From Sphaerodactylus townsendi (lineage: Eukaryota), in the NCBI RefSeq assembly GCF_021028975.2, contig NC_059425.1, positions 125,240,001 through 125,304,000 on the forward strand: 64,000 nucleotides of DNA, given 5' to 3'. Each line of letters opens with the position of its first letter. Position 1 is the first letter of the stretch. Positions 24,311 to 38,751 of the stretch are shown here, piece after piece. Made by a program: the position numbers and the translations under genes. The notes below the pieces were generated by a model. The model had not been told where the DNA came from. It ran no database searches and saw only the letters and a program-made list of their open reading frames with translations.

Positions 24311-27300
24311 AGCCTAAATTAGACATCCTGTGGATAGCTTAAAAAATGGCTTACGATTGGAAGACACTCCTGCACCTTTCTTCACAAGATGCCCTTAGGA
24401 AGCCTTATTTTAGCTCAAAGCATCTTTTTGGGAGAACACTTCAAAGTACACTTTTTTCATCTAAGCCACCTGCAAGAAATCTTCTGCCTGGCTGTGTGGA
24501 ATGCAGAGCTCAGTAAGCATCTTATTTTTCCCACCTTGCTGTTTGTTTCATCCTTACTTTGTGACCAACATTTTGTGTTCAGTTGAAGGCATTCTCCCTA
24601 CCGCTATTTGCTGAAGGTAGCCTCAGGACATTTGGTCTGCAGGCTCTAATCCTGGATGTCTTTTTAGGTCAAAAAGTACATAGTTGTACTCAGTTGGTCC
24701 TGCCAATTCTGGCAATATGTAGTTTTCTTTTTCTTTTTGTTTCGATAAGCTATCTTTATAGCTTCATAGAGACAAATACAAGAATGTTAGCCACTTGGAA
24801 GACCCATCTACCTCCCATTGAGAAGCATTGGGTTGACATGCCCTCTGCAGACTTATTCTATGCAGTATGAAAAAAGCAAGTAGGTCCACATAGGGCAGGT
24901 CAACCCAGTGCTTTTAAATGGGTGGAAGATCCATCTTCCAAGCGGCTAGGATTCTTTTATGTGTGTCTGTGTAGCTACAAAGATAGCTCATTGAAAACAT
25001 TTTTTTTAAATAGGAAAACTGTATATTACCAGAATTGTACTTTTGGGGTTGAAAAGCCACCCAGGATTTTAATTATATGTGTTACCTGCCCTGATCCTGG
25101 ATTTGACAGGGGAGGGAGGGATGTCATAAGGAGCATTGCTTCTATCTTAAGATACAGTTTCAATTTGTTTTCTCTTAGCAATTTAACCACATCAGTCATG
25201 CCTACAAAGAAAAGTGGAGAAAAATATCTCTATATGGGTTAAGCTAACAACAATATAGTATTCTAAAAAATTTTAAAATTAGTATATACATTATACAGAA
25301 TAAAAATGGCTAGTTAAAAACTAGAAACCATATGCAACATATTTTATATAAATCTCACAAATAACAACTCAAGAGTCATTACAATTGATGAACATATCAA
25401 ATGGCCCACACAACCATACAAATTTTCCTCAGTGGGACATCTTATCTTCTGTTTCAAGGCCCTGAGAGAGACAATGCCAATTAGAAATTATAGTTATTTT
25501 CACTCCTAGCAGTGGAGAGTATATGAACATTTAACAACTGGAATGGTTTCTTTTCTTCCAGATCCTGCTTCCATGACTTTTTGGAGATCATTTTTAAAAA
25601 GTGTGTCTTCAAACACTTACGGGTCTCCTATTCTCTTTGGAGGCAATGTTCCTTTGGTTAAAAAAAATATTGTATCTCTTTTACAGAGCTTTTTTGTTGT
25701 ATATTGTTCTGCAATATAACACAGCATTGGTCATAAATTAATAGAGTCTTTATGGGGTGGGAGAAGTAATCAGGTTTACACTTGCAATATCTTTTGTACA
25801 TGCAAATTTGGTACAGCAGCCCTCTGGCTCTGCAAAGATTTTAAATATACTGAAAAGAACAAAGGTTAGATTACCCTGTTTTAAAGAACTGAGTTTGCTT
25901 TCAACTTGTTTCAGCTTTCAGCAATTTTCAGTGGCTTTTGTACCACTAAAATGCTTTGATTAAACTTCAGCCTCAGGCTTTGTTTTCCTTGATCAGTAAC
26001 AGACATTTGTCCTCTAGTTTTGGCTCTCATGTCCGTAGTCTGATTTCTGTTCTCTTGATTGAATTGTTCCATAATTGCTATTTATGTACTAGTGGTCTCC
26101 AACCTCCTATTTTATTTAAAAAAAGAACTTTTGAGCACAACTGAAAAAAGCCTAGGCGGCTAATAAGACACTAATCTTTGTTTTCAGGTGGATATTGATC
26201 AGCCTATACCCTTGTTTTTGCCTGTACTGATGTTAAGACTGCATTAAAAAAAACCTTACTGTCAAGAGGATTTGGCCAATAGTTGCACCTTCTTTTCCCA
26301 GTTCCACTTATTCTATTGGTTATTTGTGAATTACATAAACCTCTGAGTTATCAAAGAATGTGAGAAATTGCATATAATTCTATGGGCACAGCTGCCTTAT
26401 GGACTCAAACTGGATTTCAATTTCCAGGGAAGCCTGGAAATAGTAATTCTTTAAAATGAACTAGGCTTACTCACACATACACAGACCTTCAGTTCCCTGC
26501 ATCTTCTGTGAGAATCCATTACAGTTTAAGTGTTATTTTTTTAAAGCACAATTGTGCCATGTAGTCAAGCAGCAGAACTGGTGCTAAAGTGTATGGACAC
26601 TTTCAAATGCCTCTGACCCAAATGCTACTATAGATCTGCACCGTGAATGAATATAAACAGCTTTATTAGATTTCAGCACTATAGTCTCCATGGCCATGGT
26701 AGAGTTGGGATCTGCTGCAAGAGATATAGCAGATTAGAAAATCTATCCCATGTATCCTAAGAGTTGGCCTGATTTCACAGGCATAGTGCATACATTCAGT
26801 GACAAAGAAAATGAGCATCAAAGAAGGGGCTGTGTAAAAGAAAACAGAATTCAGAATTAATGCATTAAAACAGTGAAAAGCCCCCCAAAAGTATGAATTA
26901 AAAGTAACCCATTCATCAAACTTGGGCTCCATGCATATTTTACTTGCCATATTTCATTTGCCTCCTTCCAGCTGGGTACTTCATAGCTGTTAAAGATACA
27001 CATGAATAACTCACCAGCAAATTAGCAGTTGTGACAATAGAATTGTTTTGGCAAAGAGGAACTCAGCTGTAGCTGTCTTCCCTACTAAACTGCTGATTGG
27101 TGCAGTTGCTAATTTGCTGAAAAGAGCAACAGACATGACGTTCAACTACTGCTGTTCATGTATGATGTTGTCACATCCTCCAATACTCCCTAGGAATTTC
27201 CACCTGCAAGGATGTCAAATGGAACACAAGACATCCTGGTGAAGTGTTAATGAATGAATGTAACGTCCTTCTGAGAATCCCCAAAGACCATAGAGATTTG

Positions 27301-29749
27301 GGGGAAATACCTACAGCATCAATTGGGATACATTTTCTCTCACTCTTTATATTATCAAGGATGCCAGACTAAGAAGAAAGATAGGAGATATCCCATTGCC
27401 ACTGGGTGAGCAGTAAGCCTATGTTGGATTAAGGTGGTGGATCTTGTCTAACTGTTATGAGCAGAGTGGCATGTATTTAGAACAATCACACTAATTAGCG
27501 ATGTCTTAACTTTTGTGATATCCTATTAGCCAACAAACGGTACGTGTGTGTGTTTTATTTAGAAAAGTAATTATTTTTTTTAAAAAAAATACAGAACATC
27601 ATATTATGTTTTCTGTAGTTTAATCCTAAAACATTATATTATACTATTGCTGTTGTTAGTAACAATGACAATGGGTACATTTTGTTACATGCAAAATTAT
27701 GAAACAAACAAACAAGCAAGCAAGCAAACGAAGCAAGCAAACAAAAACTATTATCTTCTATCTGATCTAAAACCAATATAATTTATATTTTCAAGAAGGG
27801 AAAAATGTACTTTTGGTGCAAATATTATGCCAAATGCACAAACCACACACAGAATTGGATTACAGGCACTCCTGTGAGGAATGAAAACAGAATAGCAGTT
27901 CTAATAGAATTTAATTTATTAGAGCATTAGAGAGCCAGAGCTGGTGGATAAAATAAAATGAATTTGTGAATATTAGGTGCTGATATTTGGGATTCTTCAT
28001 TTATTTATCCCCATACTAATGGACTGTCTAAAATAGCTCCATACTGCTGGTTTATTTAAAGTAGCTCCCTTTACAACAGAAGGAAAATGAAAGATATACA
28101 CAAGAGTGTCCTCTAATCCCTGAACAACTGGAAGAGGCACAGCATTGTTACTTGATTATTTATCATTTCAGGCCTGTGACCACTAAGCACAACTATTGAA
28201 AGAACATCAAATTTGTTCTCTGCCTTGCGTGTTTTGCAAGTAAATTGCTGTACAGTCAGATTTTTCCCCTCCTTTCCTTTCTATCCAAGACAAGAGAAAT
28301 AGAAATGGTTGGTTTACTGTATCATACATATTTCCTGATCAAATGCATATAGCAGTTCTTTGTTCCAAGAGAATTGGTTGCATACTATATTCATTGAGCT
28401 CAAAGTGTCACCTGAGACATCCATCCATTTCAAAGCATATATTTTCAGCTGCCATTTGACAAACATTAGGTAAAACAGTGCAGAAGACCTAGAATCAACC
28501 CTTCAAATAATCCCTTTTAGACTGAATAAGCTAATATCAGTCTTTTTTTCAGTAGAAACATGTTTCAATAGAAATTGTGTTCCTCTTATGGCTCTTCTAC
28601 ACTTTACATAGCACACAGGTATACCTCAGGGTTTCCAACGTATAAATTATGCACAATGTATCCAACATTTTTTTCATTACATTTACATTCCATCATCGAA
28701 CTCCAAGGTAGTACTTCGGAGTTGTGAAAAGATCTCCCATCTAGGAAATGACTGGAACATGTACTATTGGTGTATTATGTGCCTGATAACCCTACTGTAG
28801 AACTTTTAATTACCTGTAAGCATGCTATTTGGAACCAGGGTGGAATATGGCCTCCCCAAGTCATGTTCATAGGTACTGGAAAATATTGGTATGCGTTCAT
28901 AGTGAACTATACAGATATCTTTAGATACTCACTTCGAGCAATTTAAAATCTACTGGCTGCAATCCCATAAATGCTTTGCTGGAAGTCAACCTCAGTGAGT
29001 AGGATTCTGAGTAGAATGTGCTTAGGATTTCTCTCTGAGTATATGGTGACTGTCCTTCAAAAAAATCATTGGTTCTAAGTAATTAGATCAAAGACTCTCC
29101 AAAACCATGAAGTTTTCAATTGCAACTCTGGATATGAGGAGAGAAATGATCGTGTGAGCTTGGGGATCTGAAGCTAATTCATGTCACGAATTAACTGGTC
29201 TCTTTGTTGACATCTGAATACAGTTCAATGTTAATGATGACTGTTGTGAAAGAAGTTATAGTCATGGAGGAAATGTCTCCCAAAGGCACAACTCTAATAA
29301 AGTTGTAGTCCACTAGTTTTCTGTTCACTGATTTTTTGAGGAAAGTTCTTAAGGAAGAGCTATTACAATGAGCCACATCATAAAGCAACAATTGTCAGTG
29401 TCCCAAAGAATTTCTTGAAAACTTGGGGAAGTGGATGTAATATGGTAGCAGTTATTTTACAAAAGTAGTTACAAGCAACAGAAGTCTGAGTGGGATCCAG
29501 TCAACAATGTGCAAAAGATAAAAAAAAAAAAGTACCAGTAACAATTGTGCCTATAGCAGATATGTTGGAAATACAACATATACCATACATATAAACATAT
29601 ATATCATTATGTATATATTATATATTTATTTAATGCCTTTCTAGCTAGCAGTCTCAGTTTATTTATGGCACTCAGAAATCATTGTGTAACCTGAGAGTTG
29701 GTGTAACTTACCTGAGTTGGTGACCTCATGCTTATGTAAAACAGCCTAG

Positions 29750-29850
29750 ACTTACTTCTTGGTCTCTCATTTCATTCCATACTAATCAGGGCTGACCTTG
29801 CTTAGGTTGTGATGAGATTTGGTAAGCATAGGGGCACCTAGGTCCTGAGC
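29750..29850 (-). mobile_element. Partial 5S-derived SINE
   Basis: Reverse complement contains CTAAGCAAGGTCAGCCCTGATTAGTATGGAATG, 5S-like. Confidence 0.45.
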
Positions 29851-31494
29851 AACAGCGAAAGGTAGAAGGCTATTATTAGATCTATGAGTGACTTCCACAC
29901 AGCGGAAATGCATGATGAGTTGCAGCCATGATAAAATAACCTGTTTTCCTTTTCCTGTTTGCAGGCAGCAATTTAGAGCCCATGGAAACAATCTGGGTTG
30001 CTTCAGCACCTTCACATGGAGACACCTCTCTTTTTATTTCCTGCATCACATATGTAGCTGTGCAGGCACACAAAATGAACCTCCACCACAGTTTGATTGG
30101 CTGCACCTCGTAGCTGTGCATGTACAACATGTAAAATAAAGGGACATTTCTGCAACAGCGGGCAATAATGAACATATTTCTGTGGCAGATTCTTCCTGAT
30201 TGTGGGCCGATACAGTGGAAGGGACAGAAACAAAAGCATTTCCTGCTGACTGTTTGTCTTGAAATTATGGCTCCCAACCAGGATTTTGCAAAAAAGTCAA
30301 TAAATAGCTGGTTTAGCAATTTTAAGAAATCCCAGGTTGAGGAAATAAAATGTAGCGAGCTTCGTTTTGGGATGGGACATGTGTGAGTATTACTCCTCCC
30401 AAAACTATTTGTATTGTGCTCCATACCCATTACATTTGCCTTTCTTGAATCCACCTAAAATGTAGTTAGGAGGAAGGCTGATAGTTTGCCAAAGACCATC
30501 TAATGGGTTCATGGAAGAAGTAAGTCTGAACTTCAACCACCATTTTGCCTCCAGGCTACTCTTTTATTGTGCCATTACATGACTTGGATGAAACTCATCT
30601 CTGTAGTTAACTTAGCATAATGTTTAATCCACAGCTGTAATGAGGATTGCACAGGCATATTGCACACTGAACACAATCCATGCAAGATAAAATGAGAAGG
30701 TGCCAGCAGTTACCCTTATCTACACATCATGAAACAGAAATAAAAGCCACATGTGACTAACTGATGAGAAACACTGAATAGAATCAGAATCACCCACAAC
30801 AGCTATTTCTGTCTTGAACCATGTCTAACCTCTCCATGTATTCGTGTTTTATTAGTGAAGAAATGTATTAAATACTTGGTGGCTGGCTTTGGTCCTATTC
30901 CCTTACAGAATAATAGGAAAAAATTGGCAGGGATTACTGAGCTGTTGCTACAACATGCCTCCAGGGAACAAAGGCAGCTGCCAATGGTTGAATGAGCTGA
31001 AAGGCAAAAATGACAACTAAAACAAACTGTGGTGAGAAAGCATGTCATTTTAGAGTTATCAGCAGTAGCAAAGGAACATTATTACCAAGGTCCATGTCCA
31101 GTTACTAAAACCAGAATAGACAAGAGGTAGGTTTTGGCAACTAAACTTGTACTAATTACACATTTCAAAGACACAAAGCCACTGCAGCATTGTCCACAAG
31201 CTTTTCTGCTATCATTTTAAAAGGAGTCATAGCCTTTCTCTTGGTTTATTTTCAAGTCATCTTCTAAGACCAAACTGTGAGGATGAGAGCTGTCACTTTC
31301 TTATTGCAGTGTTAAAATTTTTAACTGAAGAACATGGGTTATTTATTTGAGAGTAATATTCTTAAAAATACGCATCATAATGAAAATGGAATAAAATTGC
31401 CAATAGAATGATTTAGTGTAATGATGATCCTTACCTGTATGAGTCTATCTGCTTCCTCTGAGACATTGCTAGTGTAGACTGGAGATGCACTAGA

Positions 31495-31610
31495 CAGGGG
31501 TAGGGAACCTCGCGGCTCTCAGATGTTCAGGAACTTCACAATTCCCATCAACCCCTACCAGCATGGCCAATTGGCCATGCTGACAAACTGATGGGAATTA
31601 TGTCCCTGTT
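31495..31610. mobile_element. Small hAT-like MITE
   Basis: CAGGGGTAGGGAAC start, central palindrome CAGCATGGCCAATTGGCCATGCTG. Confidence 0.5.
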
Positions 31611-32197
31611 TATCTGAGCTTACAGGATTCTACATAAGACTGCAAGGGAATAGAAAACAATATACTTTGGGTACTTTCAGCTTTTGCACTAAAAGTGATA
31701 CTCAAATTCCCCCCATCATAGGAACTTTTCGCCTAAAGTCACAAGTGGGAGAATGCCTACCATTTCCCTGCTTAAAATCATGCTCATATGAAGCAACTTT
31801 TCCAATAAAAGAAGGTTATTGGACCATCTTTACATATGTATTATATGCTGGGGCCTCCTTCTTATGTTCTTCAGTATTTTCATTGGAAAACATCTATTTA
31901 AATTATAACTGAGACAAAGAAGGATACTTCTTTCCATCATTTTCATCTATTCTGAAAAGCTCTGTCTTTAGAAAAAAAGTAAGGCATAGGGGAAGTGAAA
32001 ATGGACATCCATTCAGAATGATAACAAGAAGTATTACCTTTACTCTGATTTGTCTTCATAACTTCATAAGACATACCGTAATTGTCTTCATAAAGGATAT
32101 TTCTGCCCCTTATTTTCACATCAAAAAGTTCTGTAATGAGATTATTATACAAGTTTTAATTGCAAAACAAATAGCTAGCATTGGCCAGGTTTTAGAA

Positions 32198-32376
32198 CTA
32201 GGGTTGCCGTCCTCTAGGTGGCACCTGGAGTTCTTCCATAATTACAACTGATCTCCAGAGTACAAAGATCTATTCCCCTGGAGAAAATAGCACCTGCAGA
32301 GGGTAGAGAAACTGAAGTTCCTCAGGCACTATTCCCAAATCTGCAAGAATTTCCCAAGTCAGAGTTGGTAAGCCTA
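32198..32376. mobile_element. TAGGGTTGCC-type MITE
   Basis: TAGGGTTGCC...GGTAAGCCTA degenerate TIRs; related remnants near 20552 and 39805. Confidence 0.5.
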
Positions 32377-34435
32377 ATTGGAGAGGACATTGTTGCCAGA
32401 CTGACCTATGGTGGACCAAGGGACTCTGTTTTAAACACAGTGGCATCCCTACCACCTCAGCCAACCTTTGGGGTGCCTAGCAGCATGGTGCCAAAATGCC
32501 AAAAATAGGGGAGCTGTTTTGGGCATTGGCTCACTGTACCTACAAGGAAAAAGAACTGGATTTGTCTCCCTCCAAAGCAACTTGCATAATGTTCTCTCGC
32601 ATCCTTTCTGACAGGGATTAAGTCTAAACAAAATATTTTGCCTTGAAGAGAGATCCCATCTCCAACCCTGGACCATGCACCATGGAAAAGACAATAAATG
32701 GATTAATGTGCTTACCTGCCCAGTGTTGTACTGTACAATGTTTTTTTGCATTGACTAATACCTTGAATGACCACCTTATTTTGCATTGTCATTGTTTCAC
32801 AGCTGTAATTTCATCAGCTAACTTCCTCGTTGGGGACACTCCCAAACCTGGACACATCAGGCTTATGTCTCAACCCCATTAGACCAATGACCCAACCATT
32901 AAGGTTTATCTCCTTCCCAGGAAGGAAAGTAAATCACTTTGTCGAGGGAGATTTAGGATCACTCTGCAACACCCTGACAGTCTGTTTTTTCCTATAAGAA
33001 ACCCACTCTCCCAACATACAGTGTTCAGTATCTCTGGACAACTCTCTGCATGTGATAAATCTACACTGCCATCCGAAAGAATAAAAGCCTCAAATATACA
33101 GCTTGTATTTTGAGTGATAGAGGTGCTGCCTAAAATGTCTAGAAGCAAAGATGATGATCTGGGGCTTTCATTTCAATTTCCTGTAAGCTTCTCTATTTCA
33201 ATATAAATGGAGAATTTGGGGTATCACCCTCATGCTGAAGTCCAGCTTATTAACCTCAGTGGTTAAGTGTATAGAGACCAGGGTGCTTACGTAGTCATAA
33301 ATTAATCTTCAGCTGCATAGTCTTAAATACTTTTCATACACTTGTGTGACTCCATTATGTTAAATAAGTTTGCTCCTACATCTTCATGGCAGTACAAGCA
33401 AGGACTGGGCTGCACAGTTCTCTTGATGTTAACTGAACTTGTGCAGCTGAAACTACTTATGTAATGCTTTGAAAAACATGAGAGAGGTGCAAATCAGAAG
33501 CAGCATGTTTGAAATAGGAAGAAAATATTCAGCTATCATATTTGGAAAATCATCAGGCTAAAATATTTAATATAAAATGATGACGTGTTGACATTTATTT
33601 GTATGAGTTTAAAGTAAAATGCATACATCCCCTTAACTAACCCGTAGTTGAATCAGTAAATAGATGTGCTGTTTTTGAGAATAAACCATCTTTAATATTA
33701 CCACATTCCTGGTTTTCATTATCCACCAGACAAATTGTGGTTTAACAAGTTTTGCATGAAGATTAAAGGCACATTCTGATTTCACTGACAAGTGTGATAG
33801 TAGTAAAACTGTCCCTAAAGCGCAAGCAATTAAATAGGCCACTTCTCAAGTATGGGGCTACGATTGTTGTTCAAGCTTTAGCCTCTGTAAGGAATTATTT
33901 TGTCAGTCTTGGCAGTCTGTGTAGAGTAGCACTGTGTACAGTAGAGCGATCAGAAACTAGCAGTGCAATCCTAAATGGAATGATACCCTTTCGAACCAAT
34001 GGATTTAGAAAGATGCTTTGGATTGTATTGTAAATCTCTCCTTCCTTCATACACACTTGAATATAGCAAGAGACTATAGTTCTGCATTATTGTACTGGTC
34101 TCCTATCATAATACTATGGCTCTTGGAAGAAGGCAGAGTCTGGAAACCAATCCAGCAATCCCCAGCTCAGCTAGCCTCTACCTGTAAATAGCGTGTTGAG
34201 TTTAAGGATGTGCATAAAGACAGGTAGCCTAGATATTATTCAACTAGATATCATCATGTATTAGCACAGATTTTGTCTTAGTGCTTGTCAGTTATCACAG
34301 TGTGTTTACTTTTACTGGTCAGAACCATCAAACCACCAAACCACTTCTTAGTGAATAATTGAGTAGATTACCTTCTGCATGCATTGCTTGTACACATTAG
34401 AGGGTTACAAAAATTCTGAAAATGACACCTACAAA

Positions 34436-34928
34436 CAGTGGCGAAGCCACCAGGGGAAGAGGAGTGCGCAACGCACTGGGCGCACCATTTCTAGTCACAT
34501 GGGGGGTGGAAAAATCCCCTCCCCTCCCCCCGTGGCACCCCCCATGTCCCCCCTGTGGCGCACCACCCCACTTACTTTTAGGAAAGGAGCAGGCCGGAGA
34601 AGAAGGCCGGAAGCCTGCCTGCGTTGCCTGGGCCTGGTGGGAACTACATTTCCCAGGGGCTCCCAAGGGAAATGTAGTTCCCACCAGGCCCAGGCAACGC
34701 AGGCAGGCTTCCAGCCTTCTTTTCCGGCCTGCTCCTTTCCTAAAAGTAAGTGGGGCAGGGTGTGGAGAGGGTGTGCCGTGGGGGGCGGGGGCACCACAGG
34801 GGGCAGGGGTGCTTGGGGGGAGCAGGGGGGAGCAGGAGGGCACCATGGGGGGCAGGGGGTTGCTGTGGGGGGGGCCCCGCAAAAGCCAGAGTGTGCACTG
34901 GGTGCACTCTGGTCTAGCTATGGCTCTG
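34436..34928. mobile_element. hAT-superfamily MITE with 190-bp internal palindrome
   Basis: Perfect 8-bp TSD CCTACAAA (34428-34435, 34929-34936); TIRs CAGTGGCGAAGC / GCTATGGCTCTG. Confidence 0.88.
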
Positions 34929-35059
34929 CCTACAAATTAAGGAAGGACTCAGACTACTGCTGAGATGGCAAAGCCCTCCAGCCCACCCTGTAGCTGTAGT
35001 CCAACAACTAAACTACCGATCTAATGCAGTTCTTCTTGGGAGTAAGCCAAATTACTTAT

Positions 35060-35420
35060 TACTTATTATTGTTCATAGAAAGATTTATATTCCACCTTTG
35101 CTCTTGGTCTAAGGCAGCTTACAATAATATCTAAAACATTGCCCACTAAAACCAAAGATAAAATAACAAGCTCTGAATGCCTTCCCTCTCCCTTCTGAAG
35201 AAATAGCCACTATTCAAATTCTCCTAAAAGCCCTGACAAACAGGCAGGTTTTGCAACACCTCCTCAGGGGGTCCTTCTTACCCCTTCAGGGAGCCCATTT
35301 CACAGAGCTGGAGACACAGTGGAAAAAGCTGGGGCCCTGGTTAATGCCAGACAGGCCAGTCTAAATGGTGGGATAAGGATGAGGCGCTGGCCACCATAAC
35401 ATGCAATCTGGCTTTCTGAC
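35060..35420 (-). mobile_element. L2-like LINE 3' end remnant
   Basis: ATTTATATTCCACC...AAGGCAGCTTACA tail and degenerate L2 3' body; recognised by recall. Confidence 0.5.
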
Positions 35421-38400
35421 AAATACAATAAAAAGCATGTTATATGGGCAATAATCCAAGCAGTGTTCTCTATTGACCACATCACCTTTGCACACTCACT
35501 TGAGAATGTGACAGAAAAGTCTTCCTGAAGTGGATGAAAGAACAATTCTAACAGGATAACAGAAGTTCTTGTTCTTTTTCTACAAATATACGTTTGATGA
35601 ATGCCTCACTGAAAGCATTTCAAAATTTATCCACAGCAGCAACTTCTTCAAAAAACAGCTACATGATCCCCCCCTTCAAGAAACTAAGTCCTTGACAAAT
35701 GGAAACTTGGTTGTACAGACTAAAAACAGGAGTATGCATTCAGATGAAAGTAACCGAACTGAAAATATACTTATAGGTATTTTGAGAGTATTTTTCTTTG
35801 CTCTCCCACATATTTCAAGGAATTTTCAGACCTCCCCTTCCCCCACAATGGTCCTGAACAATTTAAAAAAATATTTGGCACTTTCGGGAAGATCAAAAGT
35901 CAGTGTTCGCAGGCTCCTGGGGACTGTTTCTCTCTCTCCTTTTTCCTCCTTGACTTGCAGTTGCAAGTTGCCTTTGTTCTGCTACCTCCTAGGAGTTTAA
36001 AGGGCTGCTTTTATCAGTTTCAGGAAGGTTTTGGGGGGATAAGTTTTTCAATGCTTTTTCAATGTGTTACACTTTTGAAATGCTCCATGAGTGCTTGATT
36101 TTTGTTTCTCAGTCTGGGCTCACATTATTCCTCTTGTTGAGTTTGCATTGGCAGACTAGCATTGGGTTGTCCACAGCATTCTGTACAATGAAACTAGTTC
36201 TGCTGGGCTTGCAAGATTTCTGCCCACCCTCCCATCTGCTTGGATATGGAACGTTGACATGATTCTCTGGATGCACATTAGTTCTGTTGAATTTGCACTG
36301 GCAGACTGGCAGTGGGGTCTGCTGGGCATTCTGTATGTTGTCATTCCTTCCTCTGGGCTTGGAAACTGCCCCCACTTCAGTTGCCACTGCAGGGTTCTCT
36401 AGTTTGACACAGGTCCTTTAAAATATATATATATATACTTTCCCCCACCCTCTAGCCAGCTGCCAACAACAATCTTATGGGCTTCTGGGCTAGTTCTACT
36501 GGGCTAGCAAAAATTGCCCTCCAGTGTGCTTGCCCTTGGGTATGAAGGGGGGGGGTACCTTTAAAAATGCAGGCACTCTGTGATTTGACAATGGTTCTGT
36601 TGGACTTATCCTGCCTGTGTGTACCTGAGTTCTTCAGGGCACTTGAGTTCTTCAGGGCATCTGGTTCATCTTGGCAAGCAAAATCACCCTCTCTCTCTTT
36701 TGTACTTTGATTCTCTGATTGCAGATTGGTTCTATTAGGCCTTGCCACGCTGGTTTGTAGTTTTCCTGAATTCCTGGTTTCTGGTTTGGTCCTGTTGGGC
36801 TTGTGTTGGTACTTGTGGTAGGACAAGTTGACCTTGCTTTTCCCCTGGAGGAAAAAAAAGGCTGTTTTTCCTTCACTGGAAGCAATGGAGAATGATTGGG
36901 GGGGGGGGGGAGGTTCCATAAAATTGGACCTCTTCTCAATCTTTTCCAAACTTGGGGTTCTTGTAAGAAGAGTCACCAGCACCCATGCTAATAATTTGGT
37001 TCCTCTATCTTATAAAACAGCCCACTTCCAGAACTCCAGAAATATTCTCCATAGAGTATAATCAAACTTATTTTTTTCGGATTGTTTAAGTTCTTGCAGC
37101 AGGGTGGTGGTGGATATGTGTACAGACTGCTTGGAAAGCACTTGATGTTTTGAAACAGGAAGTGACATTGTAACACTGTAGGAGTTTCATAATCTGCATG
37201 GTAAAAATGTATCATCACTGCAGATACCTTATACATTGAAAACTACATAATAAAATAATAAAAGTAACAGTATAAGAATAAAACCACCAGTGGCACACAG
37301 AGAGCAGAAAACTATTTTCAGCAGCCTAAAATGATATTCACAAAACAGGTCTCAGAATAGAAGCATACCAGAAAAAAACAGAAAAAGGCAAAACTCCTCC
37401 TTTTAAAACTTGGATTTACAAAAGAAAAAAATACGGTTTGGGCATTGTACCTGAGGATATCAAGGTAAGAACCTGCAGAATCAGAAAATGGTGCTATATA
37501 CATAGTTTCCAGGATTTGGTCACTACTTCCAGTATTATGGATGGTATTCAGTTCCATTTGTTGACTCATATACCATATGCACAAAATAAAATAGAATATA
37601 AATGTCTGGCAATTCTAGTCACTGTGTGCTTATTATAAGTACTGCCAAAATATATTGAGGGTTGGTTAAGATGGCAAGAAGCAGATGTTGTTACTGTATC
37701 AGCAGTGACTGATGCTGTTTACTGGATGTTGGGTCAGATTGTATGAGTCTTGTGGATTGGTAAAGACCATGTGCTAGTGCCAGATCTCTTAATCTAATGC
37801 TAGTTGCTCTAGGAGCATTGTGTTTTAGGCTGCACCTTAACAGGCACTTGGCTTTTAAATATGTGAATAGAGGGCATAGAAAGTTTGAAGAGATATGAGA
37901 GGACACAGAAGTCCTTGCTCTTGTGTCATATTTGTGATGAGTCTTTTATACAGTCATGCCACCTATTCCTCAAGTTTTATGTTTTCCTTTGGACCAGTTT
38001 GGCTACTGGCAACCTCTATCAAATGGTGAATGTGCATTTGTAAGCTAACCTCAGGAAATGTTGACTTCATTAATTGGTCACCTGTGACTTCAAATGGTGT
38101 AGCATCACAACTTTTTCCCCAACCCATCGGCACATGCTCAAGAAAATCAAGGACATCATAGGTTCTCTTTCAAAGTGAGCACACAAAACAAACACAATAA
38201 GAACAAATGAGAGAAAATATGTTTGGTTCTTTAAATTATGAAAATGGTCTTCCCTTTTTAACTAGGAAAAATTAGCATGACAAAAGCTGTTCCACAGAGT
38301 GATTCTTCTTTTTTAATATGTACTCTGGGAGTAGTACTATATGTTTTGCCAACTCTGATTTTCACCTGTTATAAATCATCAGTGTTCCATATGGCACAGG

Positions 38401-38751
38401 CATGACTTGAACTTTGTACCCAATGGGGGAAAAATTATATTGCTTTCCAGAACGCTTTCCCCTTATCCTCTAAATTTATAAATCATGGTGTCAAGCAGAT
38501 AAGCTCGATTTATTATTATTTTGCCAGTATCTCCTGGCATTTAGAACTTTTTCCCCCAAAAAGGTCTTAAGTACCTGCATTATGTTTCATTTCAGTGCTA
38601 TCTTACAGTAGGTGAATTATTCACAACTGGAAGGTCAAACATAGATGTAAGCCGGTCAAGCACTTTTTTCATTCAACAAATATTATAGCTGACAATATAG
38701 AGATGGAAAAATGGCCAGGGTAGCAGTTAACATTACGAGTAGGGTAGCCAA

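Noticed and set aside
34379-34963. Four 100-194 aa ORFs
   Set aside because: They lie within a TSD-bounded palindromic MITE; low complexity
35880-37060. ORFs 36452-36982 and neighbours, with short internal repeats
   Set aside because: Probably a decayed repeat; no diagnostic motif, cannot classify
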